A stretch of 64,000 bases of DNA from an uncultured Gemmatimonadota bacterium (GCA_964573995.1 CAZNLH010000002.1:97324-161323), one strand, 5' to 3'. Positions 37,532 through 48,650 are shown, counted from the first letter of the stretch. Notes: generated by a model from the sequence alone, not told the origin. Numbers and translations are program-made.

Positions 37532-39064
37532 ATGCGTGACCGCAGGCAGAAGAGCAGGGGTGGATCGCGTCCCTTTCGATTGGGGATATATCTATTGCTG
37601 CTGTTTGTCATGGGCGCATCCCGATTGCCTGGAGAGATTTCTTTCATGCCGGTTCAGGAACTGAAGGTGAAGGACCGGATTGACGATATCAGGACCTTCG
37701 ACCTTGACGGTGACGGCCGGGAGGAGATCATTGTGCTTGGTGAGTCGGTTGAATCGAACAAGTCGGAGTGGTTCGTTTCGATCTTCTTTGAAGGAAATGG
37801 GGGTACCTTCCAGGGTCTCCCGGACAAGGTAATCGAGTGTGATTCTACAGTCTCCTTGCTCAGCACAGGCTTGATTCCTGGTTCACGGGAGGGAGTCATA
37901 TCCTACCTCGCTCCGGCTGGTCTGGGATACCTCTACCCCGAGAGGAAGGGCGCAGGTGCTGCAGTAGACGGCGAGGTTGAAATCACGAGCCCCGTCTTGA
38001 CATCTCATAGGGGAAAGCCGGTGTTTTTCGACTTCATGAGGGACTGGAACGGGGACGGCTGGGATGAGGTCCTCGTGCCCGATTATTCCGGCTTCTCCAT
38101 GATTATGCCCGGCAGGGACGGTTCTGTGAGTAGAAGGGCGCATATAGACGCTCCACCCGCCCTCAAGGCCTCCGGGGTACCAGGTCACGGCATGAGGTTT
38201 ACCAGGGAAGGGGGCGAGCGGCTGGTGGCCCGGTACATGTTTCCGTGGGTGAAGCCGGGTGATTACGATGGGGATGGGAGACCGGATTTGTTCATATTGG
38301 ACGATGAAAGGATCCTGCTGGCCTCGCAATTAAGCGATGGATCGTATTCCGACCCGGTGCCGATAAGAAACTTCGTGAGACTGCAGGATTCGGGGAAGGG
38401 AGACAAATGGGTCGAGCATATGCTGACGGATATTAACGGTGACGGGTTGATGGATCTCTCGAACGTCCTCTGGAAGGGGACGGGCCTGTCGGGGACCGAG
38501 GTAGAGGCCCGGCTCTTCATCGGACGGAGGAGCGGCGGCTTTCGAGACGACCCGGATCAGGTGATAAAGGTGGCAGATGCACTGCCCGATCTCCTTTTCT
38601 TCAAGGACCTGGATGGTGACGGAAAAGAGGAATTGGTCATCCCGACTATGAAACTCGGTATCATGTCGTTCGTCCGAATTCTCACAAGTGGGGTATTAAA
38701 GATAAAGGTTCTCATCTTCGACGATGATCCGAACGGAGTGTTGGAAGCAGAGCCGAGATTCGTGCATCCGCTGACTGCGCATTTCGATTTTTCCGGCACG
38801 AATCACATAGCGTCGGGTCTCGACGATTTCAACGGAGATGGGAAGATGGACCTTGTCTTCGGGACCAAGAAGGATGAGATATCGGTATTCAGGGGATACG
38901 GGGGGAGGGGGAACAGGATGTTCGGCAGGGAACCGGTCAGGGTAATCCATGGAGACGCCACGGATGCACTCATCACGAGCGACCTCGATGGAGATGGAAA
39001 GGGCGATATCATTCTTTATCACCCCCGATCCGGGTCCATTCTGGTCTATTTCTCCGCGTCATGA
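37532..39064 (+). CDS. FG-GAP/VCBS repeat protein
   Basis: Seven DxDGDGxxD(I/L)-type repeats (DLDGDGREEI, DWNGDGWDEV, DYDGDGRPDL, DINGDGLMDL, DLDGDGKEEL, DFNGDGKMDL, DLDGDGKGDI); signal-like N-terminus. Confidence 0.88.
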   Translation: MRDRRQKSRGGSRPFRLGIYLLLLFVMGASRLPGEISFMPVQELKVKDRIDDIRTFDLDGDGREEIIVLGESVESNKSEWFVSIFFEGNGGTFQGLPDKVIECDSTVSLLSTGLIPGSREGVISYLAPAGLGYLYPERKGAGAAVDGEVEITSPVLTSHRGKPVFFDFMRDWNGDGWDEVLVPDYSGFSMIMPGRDGSVSRRAHIDAPPALKASGVPGHGMRFTREGGERLVARYMFPWVKPGDYDGDGRPDLFILDDERILLASQLSDGSYSDPVPIRNFVRLQDSGKGDKWVEHMLTDINGDGLMDLSNVLWKGTGLSGTEVEARLFIGRRSGGFRDDPDQVIKVADALPDLLFFKDLDGDGKEELVIPTMKLGIMSFVRILTSGVLKIKVLIFDDDPNGVLEAEPRFVHPLTAHFDFSGTNHIASGLDDFNGDGKMDLVFGTKKDEISVFRGYGGRGNRMFGREPVRVIHGDATDALITSDLDGDGKGDIILYHPRSGSILVYFSAS

Positions 39065-39148
39065 TCTGCCGCGCAAATTCAAGGGGGTGGACTTCGGGGG
39101 GAAGACTGCAAGCATGGAACCATTCGTCACCTGAGGAGTTTTCGACCC

Positions 39149-39877
39149 TTGGCCATATTCGAATCCAGAGGTTACCGTGGGTTCTTTTTTGTCTCCCTGA
39201 TCCTGTCCACTGCCATCCACCTTGTTTTTATAAGATTTTTTCAATTGGAAGTCGGCCCGGCCAGGGTCATTGGCCGCAATTCAATACTCATACTGGGGGA
39301 CTTCAATTTCACTCCTCCGGGCAGGGGGCCTGGGAGCAAAATACATGGCATGGAGATGGTCAAACTGTCCGAGAAGGGGGAGCCGATTGCCAGGTCCCCA
39401 GAGGCGGTGGAAACGGTGCCGGAGAGAGTGCCGCCCGCGCAGGGACGAGAGGTGGAGGCAAGAGGGATGGGACAGATGCATCTCAACCCCTTCGAGCCCG
39501 ATTCCCTCGACCTTCTCTTCGCATTCCCATCTCTGTGGCCGTATGGACGAACGGGGAGTGGGTCGAGGCGTCTCTTCGGCCTGCAGAGGGCACTGCAGGC
39601 ACTCCGCCGGGAGTCCGAGGGGAGTAGTAGTAAAAAGGGGTTGACCCTTGACACGAAATATGGTCCATTCGGGATATCCTCGCGCGGTATCCTCCTCGGG
39701 CCGCTGACCGTCCCGTTACCCCTGGCCCCTTATTCATCGGATGAGGCGAGGAGAGAAGCGGAGTCTCATGAAGAGATCAGGGCTCAGGGACTTGCGGAGT
39801 ATCTCGAGGACCCTGATTTAGGGCGGCAGCGCGATCGAGTGTTAGAATGGAAGCGGCGTCGAGAGGGTGACAAATGA
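39149..39877 (+). CDS. Membrane-anchored hypothetical protein (TonB-like N-terminal anchor)
   Basis: FFFVSLILSTAIHLVFI anchor containing the S..H pattern; Pro/Glu-rich linker; C-terminal GISSRGILLGPLTVPLP. Confidence 0.5.
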   Translation: MAIFESRGYRGFFFVSLILSTAIHLVFIRFFQLEVGPARVIGRNSILILGDFNFTPPGRGPGSKIHGMEMVKLSEKGEPIARSPEAVETVPERVPPAQGREVEARGMGQMHLNPFEPDSLDLLFAFPSLWPYGRTGSGSRRLFGLQRALQALRRESEGSSSKKGLTLDTKYGPFGISSRGILLGPLTVPLPLAPYSSDEARREAESHEEIRAQGLAEYLEDPDLGRQRDRVLEWKRRREGDK

Positions 39878-39961
39878 GTCGAAATGATCGATGTCGTGAG
39901 GCGAGTCTTCAACCTGACTTTGGGGATTTTCACGGCACAGTAGGAAGGGAGTAATTGAATA

Positions 39962-40708
39962 ATGGCCGCAATCAGGTCTCTCGGGGTGATACCTGCGCGG
40001 TATTCTTCATCCCGGTTTCCAGGCAAGCCCATCGCCATGATCGATGGTGTCCCGATGATCAGGCATGTCTACGAGAACGCCCGCCGGTCTTGCAGCGTCG
40101 ATCGCCTGATAGTAGCCACCGACGATGAACGGATCGCTGCCGTGGTCGAGGCCTTCGGAGGTGAAGTGCAAATGACGAGCAGAGATTGTCCGACCGGGAT
40201 GGACCGGTGCGCGGAGGTCTCCAGGGTGCTGGAATCCGATATAGTCCTGGATATTCAAGGGGATGAGCCGCTCCTGGAACCTGAGGTACTGGATCGGTTA
40301 GTCGAATCCCTTGATGAGGCGCCGTGGGCGGATATCTCTACCCCCGTGAGGGCCTGCCGCTCTGACGAAGAGTACCATGATCCTGATTGTGTGAAGGCAG
40401 TGGCCGCTCCTGGTGGGAGGGTCCTCTACTTTTCAAGGAGCCCCGTTCCACATGGGATGGATGGACACCTTGAGGGTGTTTACATTCACGTCGGGATATA
40501 TGCCTTCAGGAGGAGCGCCTTGTTGGAGTTGGTGGGAAGGGAGCGTGGCCGGTATGAAGTGGCGGAGTCGCTCGAACAATTGAGGGCACTTGAGGTGGGA
40601 ATGGCGGTACGGATGGTATCGGTCAAGGGGACCGAAGCGGCAGTTGACCGGCCAAAGGATATCGAGCGTGTGGAGGAGATACTGAGACTCAGGAGAATGA
40701 AAAAGTAA
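39962..40708 (+). CDS. kdsB: 3-deoxy-manno-octulosonate cytidylyltransferase
   Basis: IPARYSSSRFPGKP, VATDDERI, TGMDRCAE, DIQGDEP, LYFSRSPVP, HVGIYAF, ESLEQLRALE. Confidence 0.97.
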   Translation: MAAIRSLGVIPARYSSSRFPGKPIAMIDGVPMIRHVYENARRSCSVDRLIVATDDERIAAVVEAFGGEVQMTSRDCPTGMDRCAEVSRVLESDIVLDIQGDEPLLEPEVLDRLVESLDEAPWADISTPVRACRSDEEYHDPDCVKAVAAPGGRVLYFSRSPVPHGMDGHLEGVYIHVGIYAFRRSALLELVGRERGRYEVAESLEQLRALEVGMAVRMVSVKGTEAAVDRPKDIERVEEILRLRRMKK

Positions 40709-40742
40709 GGCTGGAAAAGAGGTGGTGAATATATTATTTTAC

Positions 40743-40761
40743 CGTGCAGGAAGCCTGCACG
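40743..40761 (+). promoter_or_regulatory. Perfect hairpin in the kdsB-pyrG intergenic region
   Basis: CGTGCAGG-AAG-CCTGCACG; no U tract. Confidence 0.35.
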
Positions 40762-40805
40762 AACTAGACTGACAATCGAATCCACGTTGTGAGAGAGGCC
40801 GTTAG

Positions 40806-42446
40806 ATGAAATCGTCCGCCCGTGTAAAGTATATCTTCGTTACCGGAGGAGTCGTCTCTTCACTTGGCAAGGGGATCGCCTCCGCATCCCTGGGGATGCT
40901 ACTCAAGTCAAGGAAGTTGAAGGTGACCCTACAAAAGTTCGACCCATATCTCAACGTGGATCCCGGCACCCTCAGCCCTTTCCAGCACGGTGAAGTATTC
41001 GTGACGGATGACGGTGCCGAAACCGATCTCGACCTCGGGCACTACGAGCGCTTCATCGATGAATCGCTCAGCCAGGACAACAACGTCACGGCAGGGAGGG
41101 TGTACCACTCGATCATCACGAAGGAGCGTGTTGGCGATTACCTGGGAGCGACGGTCCAGGTGGTCCCCCATGTAACGGACGAAATCAAGTCTTTTGTCAA
41201 GAAGGTGGCGGGCAAAGACGATGTCGATGTGGTCATCACTGAAATAGGGGGGACAGTGGGGGATATAGAGAGCCTGCCTTTCCTGGAGGCACTGCGCCAG
41301 ATCCGCCTCGAAATGGGTCCGACGAACGTCCTCTTCATGCACCTTACGTTGATCCCCTTTATAAAGGTGACGGAGGAATTGAAGACGAAACCGACACAAC
41401 ACAGCGTCCGCGAGTTGAGGTCGATCGGGATTCAGCCGGACGTTCTGCTTTGCAGGACTGAGTATCCACTGACAGAGGAGGTGAGGGAGAAGATCGGTTT
41501 GTTCTGCAATGTCCCACCGGAGATGGTTATTGAGGCCCGGGACACCGAATCCATTTACAAGGTCCCTCTCATGCTGCACAGGGAGGGGCTCGACCAGAAG
41601 GTCATCGACAATCTCAATATCGATGCACCCGAGCCGGACCTGGTGGAATGGGGAGAGATAGTCAATAAGATCGAGAATCCGGAGAGGGAGGTTGAAATTT
41701 CAGTATGCGGAAAATATGTCGAATATCAAGACTCCTACAAATCGATAAAAGAGGCCTTTGTCCACGCAGGAACTGCCAACAATGTCCGGGTAAATGTAGA
41801 TTGGGTGGACACCGAAAAGATCACCAGCGAAAACGCCCATCGTCACCTGTCTAAGTATGCCGGTATTCTTATACCGGGCGGGTTCGGACCCAGAGGTGTT
41901 GATGGGATGATAGAGGCGGTTCGGTACGCGAGGGAAAACAAGGTGCCGTTTTTCGGCATCTGTCTGGGACTACACTCGGCAGTGATCGAGTTCGCCAGGA
42001 ATGTCTGCGGATTGAGCGATTCCCACAGTTCCGAGTTCGACAATCACACAAAGAACCACGTGATCGATCTCATGCCGGAACAGAATGGGGTCGTCAGTAA
42101 GGGGGGGACGATGAGACTCGGGTCATATCCGTGTCAACTGGCAGAGGGGACGCTGGCAAGGAGGATATACGGGGTGGAGATGATAGATGAGCGGCACAGG
42201 CATCGATACGAGGTGAACAATAAATACCTTGCTATATTCCAGGAGAAGGGGATCGTGCTGTCGGGAAGATCACCGGACCGTACCCTTACGGAGATGATAG
42301 AACTCAAGGACCATCCCTGGTTCATAGCATGCCAGTTTCATCCCGAATTTAAATCGAGACCCACGAACCCCCACCCCCTCTTCAGGGATTTCGTCCGGGC
42401 GGCAATGGAGTATGAGGATGGTGCCAAGAGGGGCGCGAGGGGCTGA
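40806..42446 (+). CDS. pyrG: CTP synthase
   Basis: [54 protein letters not shown]. Confidence 0.99.
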   Translation: MKSSARVKYIFVTGGVVSSLGKGIASASLGMLLKSRKLKVTLQKFDPYLNVDPGTLSPFQHGEVFVTDDGAETDLDLGHYERFIDESLSQDNNVTAGRVYHSIITKERVGDYLGATVQVVPHVTDEIKSFVKKVAGKDDVDVVITEIGGTVGDIESLPFLEALRQIRLEMGPTNVLFMHLTLIPFIKVTEELKTKPTQHSVRELRSIGIQPDVLLCRTEYPLTEEVREKIGLFCNVPPEMVIEARDTESIYKVPLMLHREGLDQKVIDNLNIDAPEPDLVEWGEIVNKIENPEREVEISVCGKYVEYQDSYKSIKEAFVHAGTANNVRVNVDWVDTEKITSENAHRHLSKYAGILIPGGFGPRGVDGMIEAVRYARENKVPFFGICLGLHSAVIEFARNVCGLSDSHSSEFDNHTKNHVIDLMPEQNGVVSKGGTMRLGSYPCQLAEGTLARRIYGVEMIDERHRHRYEVNNKYLAIFQEKGIVLSGRSPDRTLTEMIELKDHPWFIACQFHPEFKSRPTNPHPLFRDFVRAAMEYEDGAKRGARG

Positions 42447-43294
42447 TGGCCGGTGTGAGTGATGAGTGGTTCCCGGGGGGGGTGAAGGGCGATCGGCGAC
42501 GTGGCCTGATCCTCGTTGCGGGGCCGTGCGTGATCGAATCGAGGGACACCACCCTCTTCATTGCGGAGAGGCTTGCCGGGATTACGGAAGATCTCCCAGT
42601 ACGCTTGCTCTTCAAGGCCTCTTACCTCAAGGCCAATCGATCCCATCCCGATTCTTATGCAGGCCCCGGTCTCGAGAAGGGTCTCGAGATCCTCGGGGAG
42701 GTAAAGGCCAAAACGGGTCTGCCCCTTCTCTCGGATGTCCACTGTCGTACGGAGGTTCAAGCGGCCTCCGATGTATTGGACGTATTGCAGATACCGGCCT
42801 ATCTTTGTCGTCAGACACCGTTGATCAGGGAGGCCGCCCGTTCCGGGCGCGTGGTGAACATAAAGAAGGGGCAATTCATGGCCCCTGATGATATGAGGGG
42901 AGCGGTGAAGAAGGTAACTGGGGAGGGAAATGAGCGCGTAATGCTTACAGAGCGCGGGACCTTCTTCGGATATCACAACCTGGTAGTAGATTTTCGCTCC
43001 ATCGAGATTATGAGGAGATGGGGCCACCCCGTCCTCTTCGATGGGACACACAGCATCCAGCGTCCGGGCGCAGGCGGCAAGGTGTCCGGGGGAGAGCCCG
43101 AATTTATCTCTCCCCTTTGCAGGGCGGCCGCCTCGGTCGGCGTCGATGGCCTGTACCTGGAGGTCCATCCCAACCCTGGGGAAGCGCTCAGCGATGCCGC
43201 TTCCATGCTGCCGCTGGACGCGCTGCCGCGGCTTCTTGAAGAGGTCCTCTCGATCAGGGAGGCGACGAGCGGGGTGAACGACCGGAGTGGGTGA
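42446..43294 (+). CDS. kdsA: KDO 8-phosphate synthase
   Basis: AGPCVIES, KASYLKANRS, QIPAYLCRQT, NIKKGQF, LTERGTFFGY, FDGTHS, EVHPNP..SDA. Confidence 0.97.
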   Translation: MAGVSDEWFPGGVKGDRRRGLILVAGPCVIESRDTTLFIAERLAGITEDLPVRLLFKASYLKANRSHPDSYAGPGLEKGLEILGEVKAKTGLPLLSDVHCRTEVQAASDVLDVLQIPAYLCRQTPLIREAARSGRVVNIKKGQFMAPDDMRGAVKKVTGEGNERVMLTERGTFFGYHNLVVDFRSIEIMRRWGHPVLFDGTHSIQRPGAGGKVSGGEPEFISPLCRAAASVGVDGLYLEVHPNPGEALSDAASMLPLDALPRLLEEVLSIREATSGVNDRSG

Positions 43295-43348
43295 CATGGA
43301 CGATATCCGCCGGGATGGAGAATTCCTTGTAGGAGTGAGGAGTAGAGT

Positions 43349-44329
43349 ATGAACGAAGGAGATGGAGAGTTCCTCCTCGAGAAGGCCAGGGAGGTGTTCA
43401 GGATAGAGGCCGAGGCGGTGAAGGCGCTTGAGTATCGATTCGGAGACGAGTTTGTCGATGCGATCGATCTGCTCGCCAACTGCAAGGGGAGGGCCATAGT
43501 GTCGGGAATAGGGAAATCTGGCAATGTGGCCAAGAAGATCGCTTCCACGCTTGCGAGTACGGGGACTCCCGCTCTCTTTCTCCATCCGACCGAGGGGATT
43601 CATGGTGACCTGGGGATGGTGGTCCGGGGGGATGTCGTTCTCTTCATCTCCAAGAGCGGCGAGATGGACCAACTTGCCCAGATATTGAACCTCTTCAAGA
43701 GGCTCGAAGTAAAGATCATAGCGGTAACGGCCTCTCTATCATCCACGCTGGCCGTGAACAGCGACCTGGTGCTTGACATGAGCGTCAAGGAAGAGGCCTG
43801 CCCCTACGGCCTCGCCCCTACGGCAAGCACCACGGTGGCTATCGCCATCGGTGACGCCCTGGCCATTACCTTGCTCTTGAAGAGGGGTTTTAAGAAGGAG
43901 GACTTCGCCCTCATTCATCCGGGAGGAACCATAGGGAAGAGGCTCCTCTTGAAGGTCAAGGACCTGATGCTCTCTACCGAAGATGAACTCCCGAAGGTCT
44001 CCGTGCGGGCCACGATGAAGGAGGCGGTATTCGAGATGACTGCCAAGCGCGGGATAACGAGCGTGATAGATGATGACGGAAGGGTTGTCGGGGTGGTGAC
44101 CAATGGTGACTTGATGCGGCTGGTGGAGAGGACTGAGCAGATCTTTCATATCCCGGTCCGGGAGGTCATGACGGCCACGCCGAAGGTCATAGAAGTGGAT
44201 GAACTTGCCATTACGGCCGTCAAGATGATGGAACAATTCGGTATCATCTCTATGCCCGTCGTCGACCATTCAGGTGTCCTCCGTGGAGTCATTCACCTGC
44301 ACGACCTGATGCGAGCGGGGATCATATGA
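43349..44329 (+). CDS. kdsD: Arabinose 5-phosphate isomerase (SIS + CBS)
   Basis: GIGKSG, STGTPA, EGIHGDLG, EACPYGLAPTAST, HPGGTIG, paired CBS domains. Confidence 0.96.
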   Translation: MNEGDGEFLLEKAREVFRIEAEAVKALEYRFGDEFVDAIDLLANCKGRAIVSGIGKSGNVAKKIASTLASTGTPALFLHPTEGIHGDLGMVVRGDVVLFISKSGEMDQLAQILNLFKRLEVKIIAVTASLSSTLAVNSDLVLDMSVKEEACPYGLAPTASTTVAIAIGDALAITLLLKRGFKKEDFALIHPGGTIGKRLLLKVKDLMLSTEDELPKVSVRATMKEAVFEMTAKRGITSVIDDDGRVVGVVTNGDLMRLVERTEQIFHIPVREVMTATPKVIEVDELAITAVKMMEQFGIISMPVVDHSGVLRGVIHLHDLMRAGII

Positions 44330-44877
44330 AGTTCGCCAGGTTGATGATCCTCTCCGTGTTGCTCGTGTCAGTCGCAACTGGTTGTTCTTCTCCATCTCCA
44401 AAGGCACCCTCCGGGGAGAAGGCTTCAAGGACGCCGGACCAGATACTCGAGGGGTTCACCATGATCATCACCGACAGGGGTGTCGAGAAGTCGCGTTTCA
44501 ATGCCCTGCGGGCGATGGTCTTCAACGACGAGAACCTGGTGGAGGCGGAAGACATACATGTTGAATTCTTCCGGTCCAATGGGGAACTTTATTCCACTCT
44601 TCGCGCCGACAGGGGAACCTTGAATACGGAGACCAAAGACATGGATGCCCGTAACCATGTGGTGGTGATTTCACATGATAACATCCGCCTTGAGACCGAA
44701 TCCTTGCACTGGAACGAATCTGCCAATCTCATCACCACGGAGGACCCAGTGACACTCGTGCAGGGCGGGAAGAAGATCCGGGGGATCGGTATGACCTCGG
44801 ACCCGGGCTTGAACGATGTCAAGATCAGGCGTCCAACGGGTGTCTTCCGGGATATCGAGGCCCCCGACGAAGAATGA
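44326..44877 (+). CDS. lptC: LPS export protein LptC
   Basis: Lipobox VATGC; TLRADRG, LETESLHW, ITTEDPVTL, GIGMTSD; gene context. Confidence 0.88.
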   Translation: MKFARLMILSVLLVSVATGCSSPSPKAPSGEKASRTPDQILEGFTMIITDRGVEKSRFNALRAMVFNDENLVEAEDIHVEFFRSNGELYSTLRADRGTLNTETKDMDARNHVVVISHDNIRLETESLHWNESANLITTEDPVTLVQGGKKIRGIGMTSDPGLNDVKIRRPTGVFRDIEAPDEE

Positions 44878-45908
44878 GGATTCATCCCGCAACACTCTTC
44901 ACCACATTGGCCCTCTGCGCCTCTATCATGCCGTTCAAGCCGTCGTCGCTCGCAGCGCAGGATAGCCCGCCGCTTGTACTGAAAAGAGCCGAATATGTCC
45001 GGCAGAGGAAGATAAAGGGAAAGACCACGATCATCCTCGAGGGGAACGTGATCTGGACCCGGGGTGACCAGCGCTTGCGGTGCGGCAGGGCAAGGTATTA
45101 CGAGGAGGATGGGCTACTCTTTCTTTCTGAGGATGTCTACCTCTATGACAAGGGGAGGACGGTCTCGGCTGATTCCGCGAGGTATACCCGTGGAGAGGGC
45201 TCGGCGGTGGCCATCGGAGGCGTCAGTGTCGAATTATCCGGTGGTGAGGTGGTAGTTACGGCGGACAGTATGGACTTTGCCCTCAATGAAGGTGAATACT
45301 GGGCCTACAAGCGCCCCAGGATATTCCTTCAGGAGTCGGGTGGGGGGGCGTCAGGCGGCATAGAGATCCGCGGTGAACGGTCTCACATGGTTGAAAATCG
45401 CCTGATGGCACTCTCCGGGCCGGTGGACATCTCCGGGGACTCTCTTACCGGTGGAGCCGATTCGCTGTGCTACGATATGGAACGGGAGAAAATCTTTCTT
45501 GTAGGTGCATCATGGATCGAAGTCGGTGCCTATCGCCTGCGGGGAGATCGGATAGAACTGTTTGTACCTGAAAGGGTATTAAGTAGAGGAATCTCGTGTG
45601 GAAACGCTCGCGGGGAAGAGACTGAGAAAGAGCCGAGTGTCGCCGGGGAGGAAGAAGGGAATGGTCTTTTGAACTGGATAGAAGCGGATTCCATCGCTCT
45701 GTCCTTCCGTGATAATCGGATCGACAGTCTCCTCGCCTGGCCGGACGTTAGGAGTTTTTATCAAGTCCACCGGAAAGAGGGGAGGGAGGAGAACTACATC
45801 GTTGGAGACAGGATCTTGATGATTTGGGATCATGGCAAGATCGGCGAAATCAGCGTGAAAGGCAGGAGTGAAGGGGTATATCACAGGCGCGCAGAGGGGG
45901 CGAAATAG
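44874..45908 (+). CDS. LptA/LptD-N (OstA-like) beta-jellyroll protein
   Basis: LEGNV, ADSARY, ADSMDF, GDRIEL jellyroll repeats; lies between lptC and lptB. Confidence 0.8.
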   Translation: MRIHPATLFTTLALCASIMPFKPSSLAAQDSPPLVLKRAEYVRQRKIKGKTTIILEGNVIWTRGDQRLRCGRARYYEEDGLLFLSEDVYLYDKGRTVSADSARYTRGEGSAVAIGGVSVELSGGEVVVTADSMDFALNEGEYWAYKRPRIFLQESGGGASGGIEIRGERSHMVENRLMALSGPVDISGDSLTGGADSLCYDMEREKIFLVGASWIEVGAYRLRGDRIELFVPERVLSRGISCGNARGEETEKEPSVAGEEEGNGLLNWIEADSIALSFRDNRIDSLLAWPDVRSFYQVHRKEGREENYIVGDRILMIWDHGKIGEISVKGRSEGVYHRRAEGAK

Positions 45909-45911
45909 ACC

Positions 45912-46637
45912 ATGGAGGCCTCGCTGAGGGCAGAAGGGCTGGAGAAGAAATACAGGGATCGGAAGGTGGTGGACGGAGTCGATCTTGAACTGAGGAGGGG
46001 TGAGGTTGTGGGGCTGTTGGGTCCGAACGGGGCCGGGAAGACCACCACCTTCTATATCCTGGTGGGCTTGATAAAACCCGGCCGGGGTGGTATATTTCTA
46101 AATGGCACTGATATCACCCGCGTGCCCATGTACAGGCGGGCGAGAATGGGAATCGGTTACCTGTCACAGGAACAGTCGGTATTTCGCAAGTTGACGGTGG
46201 AACAAAACTTGCTAAGTATCCTGGAGACGATCCCGATTTCCAGGAGAGAAAGGGAAGAGCGGCTCGAGAACTTGTTGAGTGAATTGAAACTCAAGCACTT
46301 GAGGGGCCATAAGGCCCTATCCCTATCCGGGGGCGAAAAGAAACGCCTTGAGATCACAAGGGCGCTCGTATCCGAGCCGAGTTTCTTGCTGATGGATGAG
46401 CCCTTCGCCGGAGTTGATCCTATCACGGTGGCCGATGTCCAGTCTATCGTTATGCGCCTTCGAGAGAAGGGAATAGGGATCTTGATTACCGATCACAATG
46501 TCCGCGAGACCCTGGAGATTACCGACCGTTCATATATCATGCACGAGGGGCGTATCATCCTATCGGGGAGGGCGGAAGAGTTGATTAACGACCCTACGGC
46601 AAGGGGGGTCTATCTCGGTGAAGACTTCAAGATGTGA
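45912..46637 (+). CDS. lptB: LPS export ATPase
   Basis: [45 protein letters not shown]. Confidence 0.97.
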   Translation: MEASLRAEGLEKKYRDRKVVDGVDLELRRGEVVGLLGPNGAGKTTTFYILVGLIKPGRGGIFLNGTDITRVPMYRRARMGIGYLSQEQSVFRKLTVEQNLLSILETIPISRREREERLENLLSELKLKHLRGHKALSLSGGEKKRLEITRALVSEPSFLLMDEPFAGVDPITVADVQSIVMRLREKGIGILITDHNVRETLEITDRSYIMHEGRIILSGRAEELINDPTARGVYLGEDFKM

Positions 46638-46675
46638 CGGCGTTCGATCACCATGGGGGATCTGACGAGGTGGGA

Positions 46676-48067
46676 ATGAGGAACCAGCTTAGTTTTACGC
46701 TGAAACAGGAGCAGACGATCAATCCGCGGCTGTACCAGGCCATGGATCTCCTCTACATGCCGTTGCTGGACTTACAGCAGTATCTCAAGCAGGAACTCGT
46801 GGTAAACCCATTCCTCGACCTGGTGGAGGATCAAGACGTCTATGAGTCCGCCCCGTCGGATGAAGCGGAACAGAACGATGACGGCGAAGAGGACGGGGAG
46901 GTGGACTGGGAACGCATCCTCCTCGATGGTTTTGACAGCGGATACCGGGGGAATCCCCAAGAGGTCATCGAGTATCACGAGAAGGTGCCTGTAACGACCA
47001 TTACCCTTTATGACCACATGCAGAAGGAGCTCTATCTCTTGAAGATCTCCGATAGAGAGCGAGAAATCGGTGAAGAGATAATCGGGAATATCAACGAGGA
47101 CGGCTACCTGACGTGCAGCCTGGAGGAGATAGCAGAGGGCCTGAAGGCGGACGTCTGCGAGGTGGAAGCGGTTTTGAAGATCATTCAGGGCTTTGATCCC
47201 ACCGGTGTGGGAGCACGCAGTCTCAAGGAGTGCATGTTGTTGCAATTAGAAGAAGAGGATGGGGTCGACTCGCCGGCATATCTGATTGTACGTGACTTCT
47301 TCGAACAATTGAGCCAGCACAAATGGAACGAGATCGCCCAGCAGACCGGGATGACCGTCAAGGAGATCCAGGCTCATTCCGACAGGATCGCCCTGCTCGA
47401 GCCCAAGCCCGGGAGATTGTTTTCCACGGTGGAAGATCAGTATGTGATACCCGATATAATAGTGGAGAAAAAGGACGGCGATTATCTCATATATCTCAAC
47501 GATGGCAACCTGCCGCGCCTGAAGAGGAGCAGTTCCTATTACGAGGTGGCCCGTAACAAGAAGATGTTCAAAGGTGAGACGAAGAAGTTCATCTTTGAAA
47601 AGATGAACAGCGCGAACTGGCTCATCCAGGCCATTGAGCAGAGGCGCCAGACGATGCTCAAGGTCATGACCTATATAGTCGATCGCCAGAGGGAGTTTTT
47701 CAGCAAGGGCATAGCGTATCTCAAGCCCCTAACGCTGCGGGAGGTGGCCGAGGCGATCGAGATGCACGAATCGACCGTGAGCCGGGTGACCAACCAGAAA
47801 TACTGCCAGACCCCGAGGGGTGTGTTCAAACTGAAGTTTTTCTTCAGTAGCGGGATTGAGACGTATGACGGGGAAGAGGTCTCCGCACGCGGGATCAAGG
47901 CCAAGATTTCTCAACTTATCGAACAGGAAGAACCTTCCAAGCCTTACACGGATCAGGCGATCGTGGACTACTTGAAGAAAGAGGGAATCAAGATAGCAAG
48001 GAGGACAGTGGCAAAGTATCGGGATCAAATGCGGATCTTGTCTGCTCGAATGAGGAAGCGGTTTTAG
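46676..48067 (+). CDS. rpoN: RNA polymerase sigma-54 factor
   Basis: Q-rich region I, DPTGVGARSLKECMLLQL, LKPLTLREVA, HESTVSRVT, RpoN box ARRTVAKYR. Confidence 0.98.
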   Translation: MRNQLSFTLKQEQTINPRLYQAMDLLYMPLLDLQQYLKQELVVNPFLDLVEDQDVYESAPSDEAEQNDDGEEDGEVDWERILLDGFDSGYRGNPQEVIEYHEKVPVTTITLYDHMQKELYLLKISDREREIGEEIIGNINEDGYLTCSLEEIAEGLKADVCEVEAVLKIIQGFDPTGVGARSLKECMLLQLEEEDGVDSPAYLIVRDFFEQLSQHKWNEIAQQTGMTVKEIQAHSDRIALLEPKPGRLFSTVEDQYVIPDIIVEKKDGDYLIYLNDGNLPRLKRSSSYYEVARNKKMFKGETKKFIFEKMNSANWLIQAIEQRRQTMLKVMTYIVDRQREFFSKGIAYLKPLTLREVAEAIEMHESTVSRVTNQKYCQTPRGVFKLKFFFSSGIETYDGEEVSARGIKAKISQLIEQEEPSKPYTDQAIVDYLKKEGIKIARRTVAKYRDQMRILSARMRKRF

Positions 48068-48107
48068 TTGCTTGAGACCTTTTCCGATTACTTTCAAGGA
48101 GGACTGA

Positions 48108-48650
48108 ATGAACGTAACGATCACAGCCAGGCACTGTGAACTCTCCAATGAGCAGAAGAAGTTCATCGAAGACCGTGTAAGCGGTCTTTCGCGTTTTTAT
48201 GAGCACATAATAGAGGCCCAGGTGATCATCAGCGAGGAGAAACACCGCCATCATGGCGAGTTGAAGATCAATATAAACAATAACGTCTTTTTCAGTGAGG
48301 CTGAAACGGCGGATTTCCGGCAGACTATCGATCAAGTGATCCAGAGGTTGGAACGCCAGATCAAGAAGCACAAGGGGCGCTTTCACAGGAGGACCGTGAG
48401 CAAAGAGGACCTGGTCTCGCTGGGGCGGGAAGCCTCGCCAGATGGTTACATGGATGATATGGAACTCGACATCATGCCTGGTGAAGGTGGCATAGAGGAG
48501 ATGACACTCAACGAGGCGGTCAAGAAGGTGAAGGCCGGCGCGACATCCCTCCTCTTCAAGGACAGCACTTCTGGCAGGACGAAGAGCGTTTTACGCAGGG
48601 GTGATGGCAGGATCGATATCATGGATTTCAGGCCTGAGGAAGATGGATAG
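48108..48650 (+). CDS. hpf: Ribosome hibernation promoting factor, long form
   Basis: MNVTITARH, LERQIKKHK; C-terminal S30AE-like segment EMTLNEAV..RRGDGRI. Confidence 0.88.
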   Translation: MNVTITARHCELSNEQKKFIEDRVSGLSRFYEHIIEAQVIISEEKHRHHGELKININNNVFFSEAETADFRQTIDQVIQRLERQIKKHKGRFHRRTVSKEDLVSLGREASPDGYMDDMELDIMPGEGGIEEMTLNEAVKKVKAGATSLLFKDSTSGRTKSVLRRGDGRIDIMDFRPEEDG

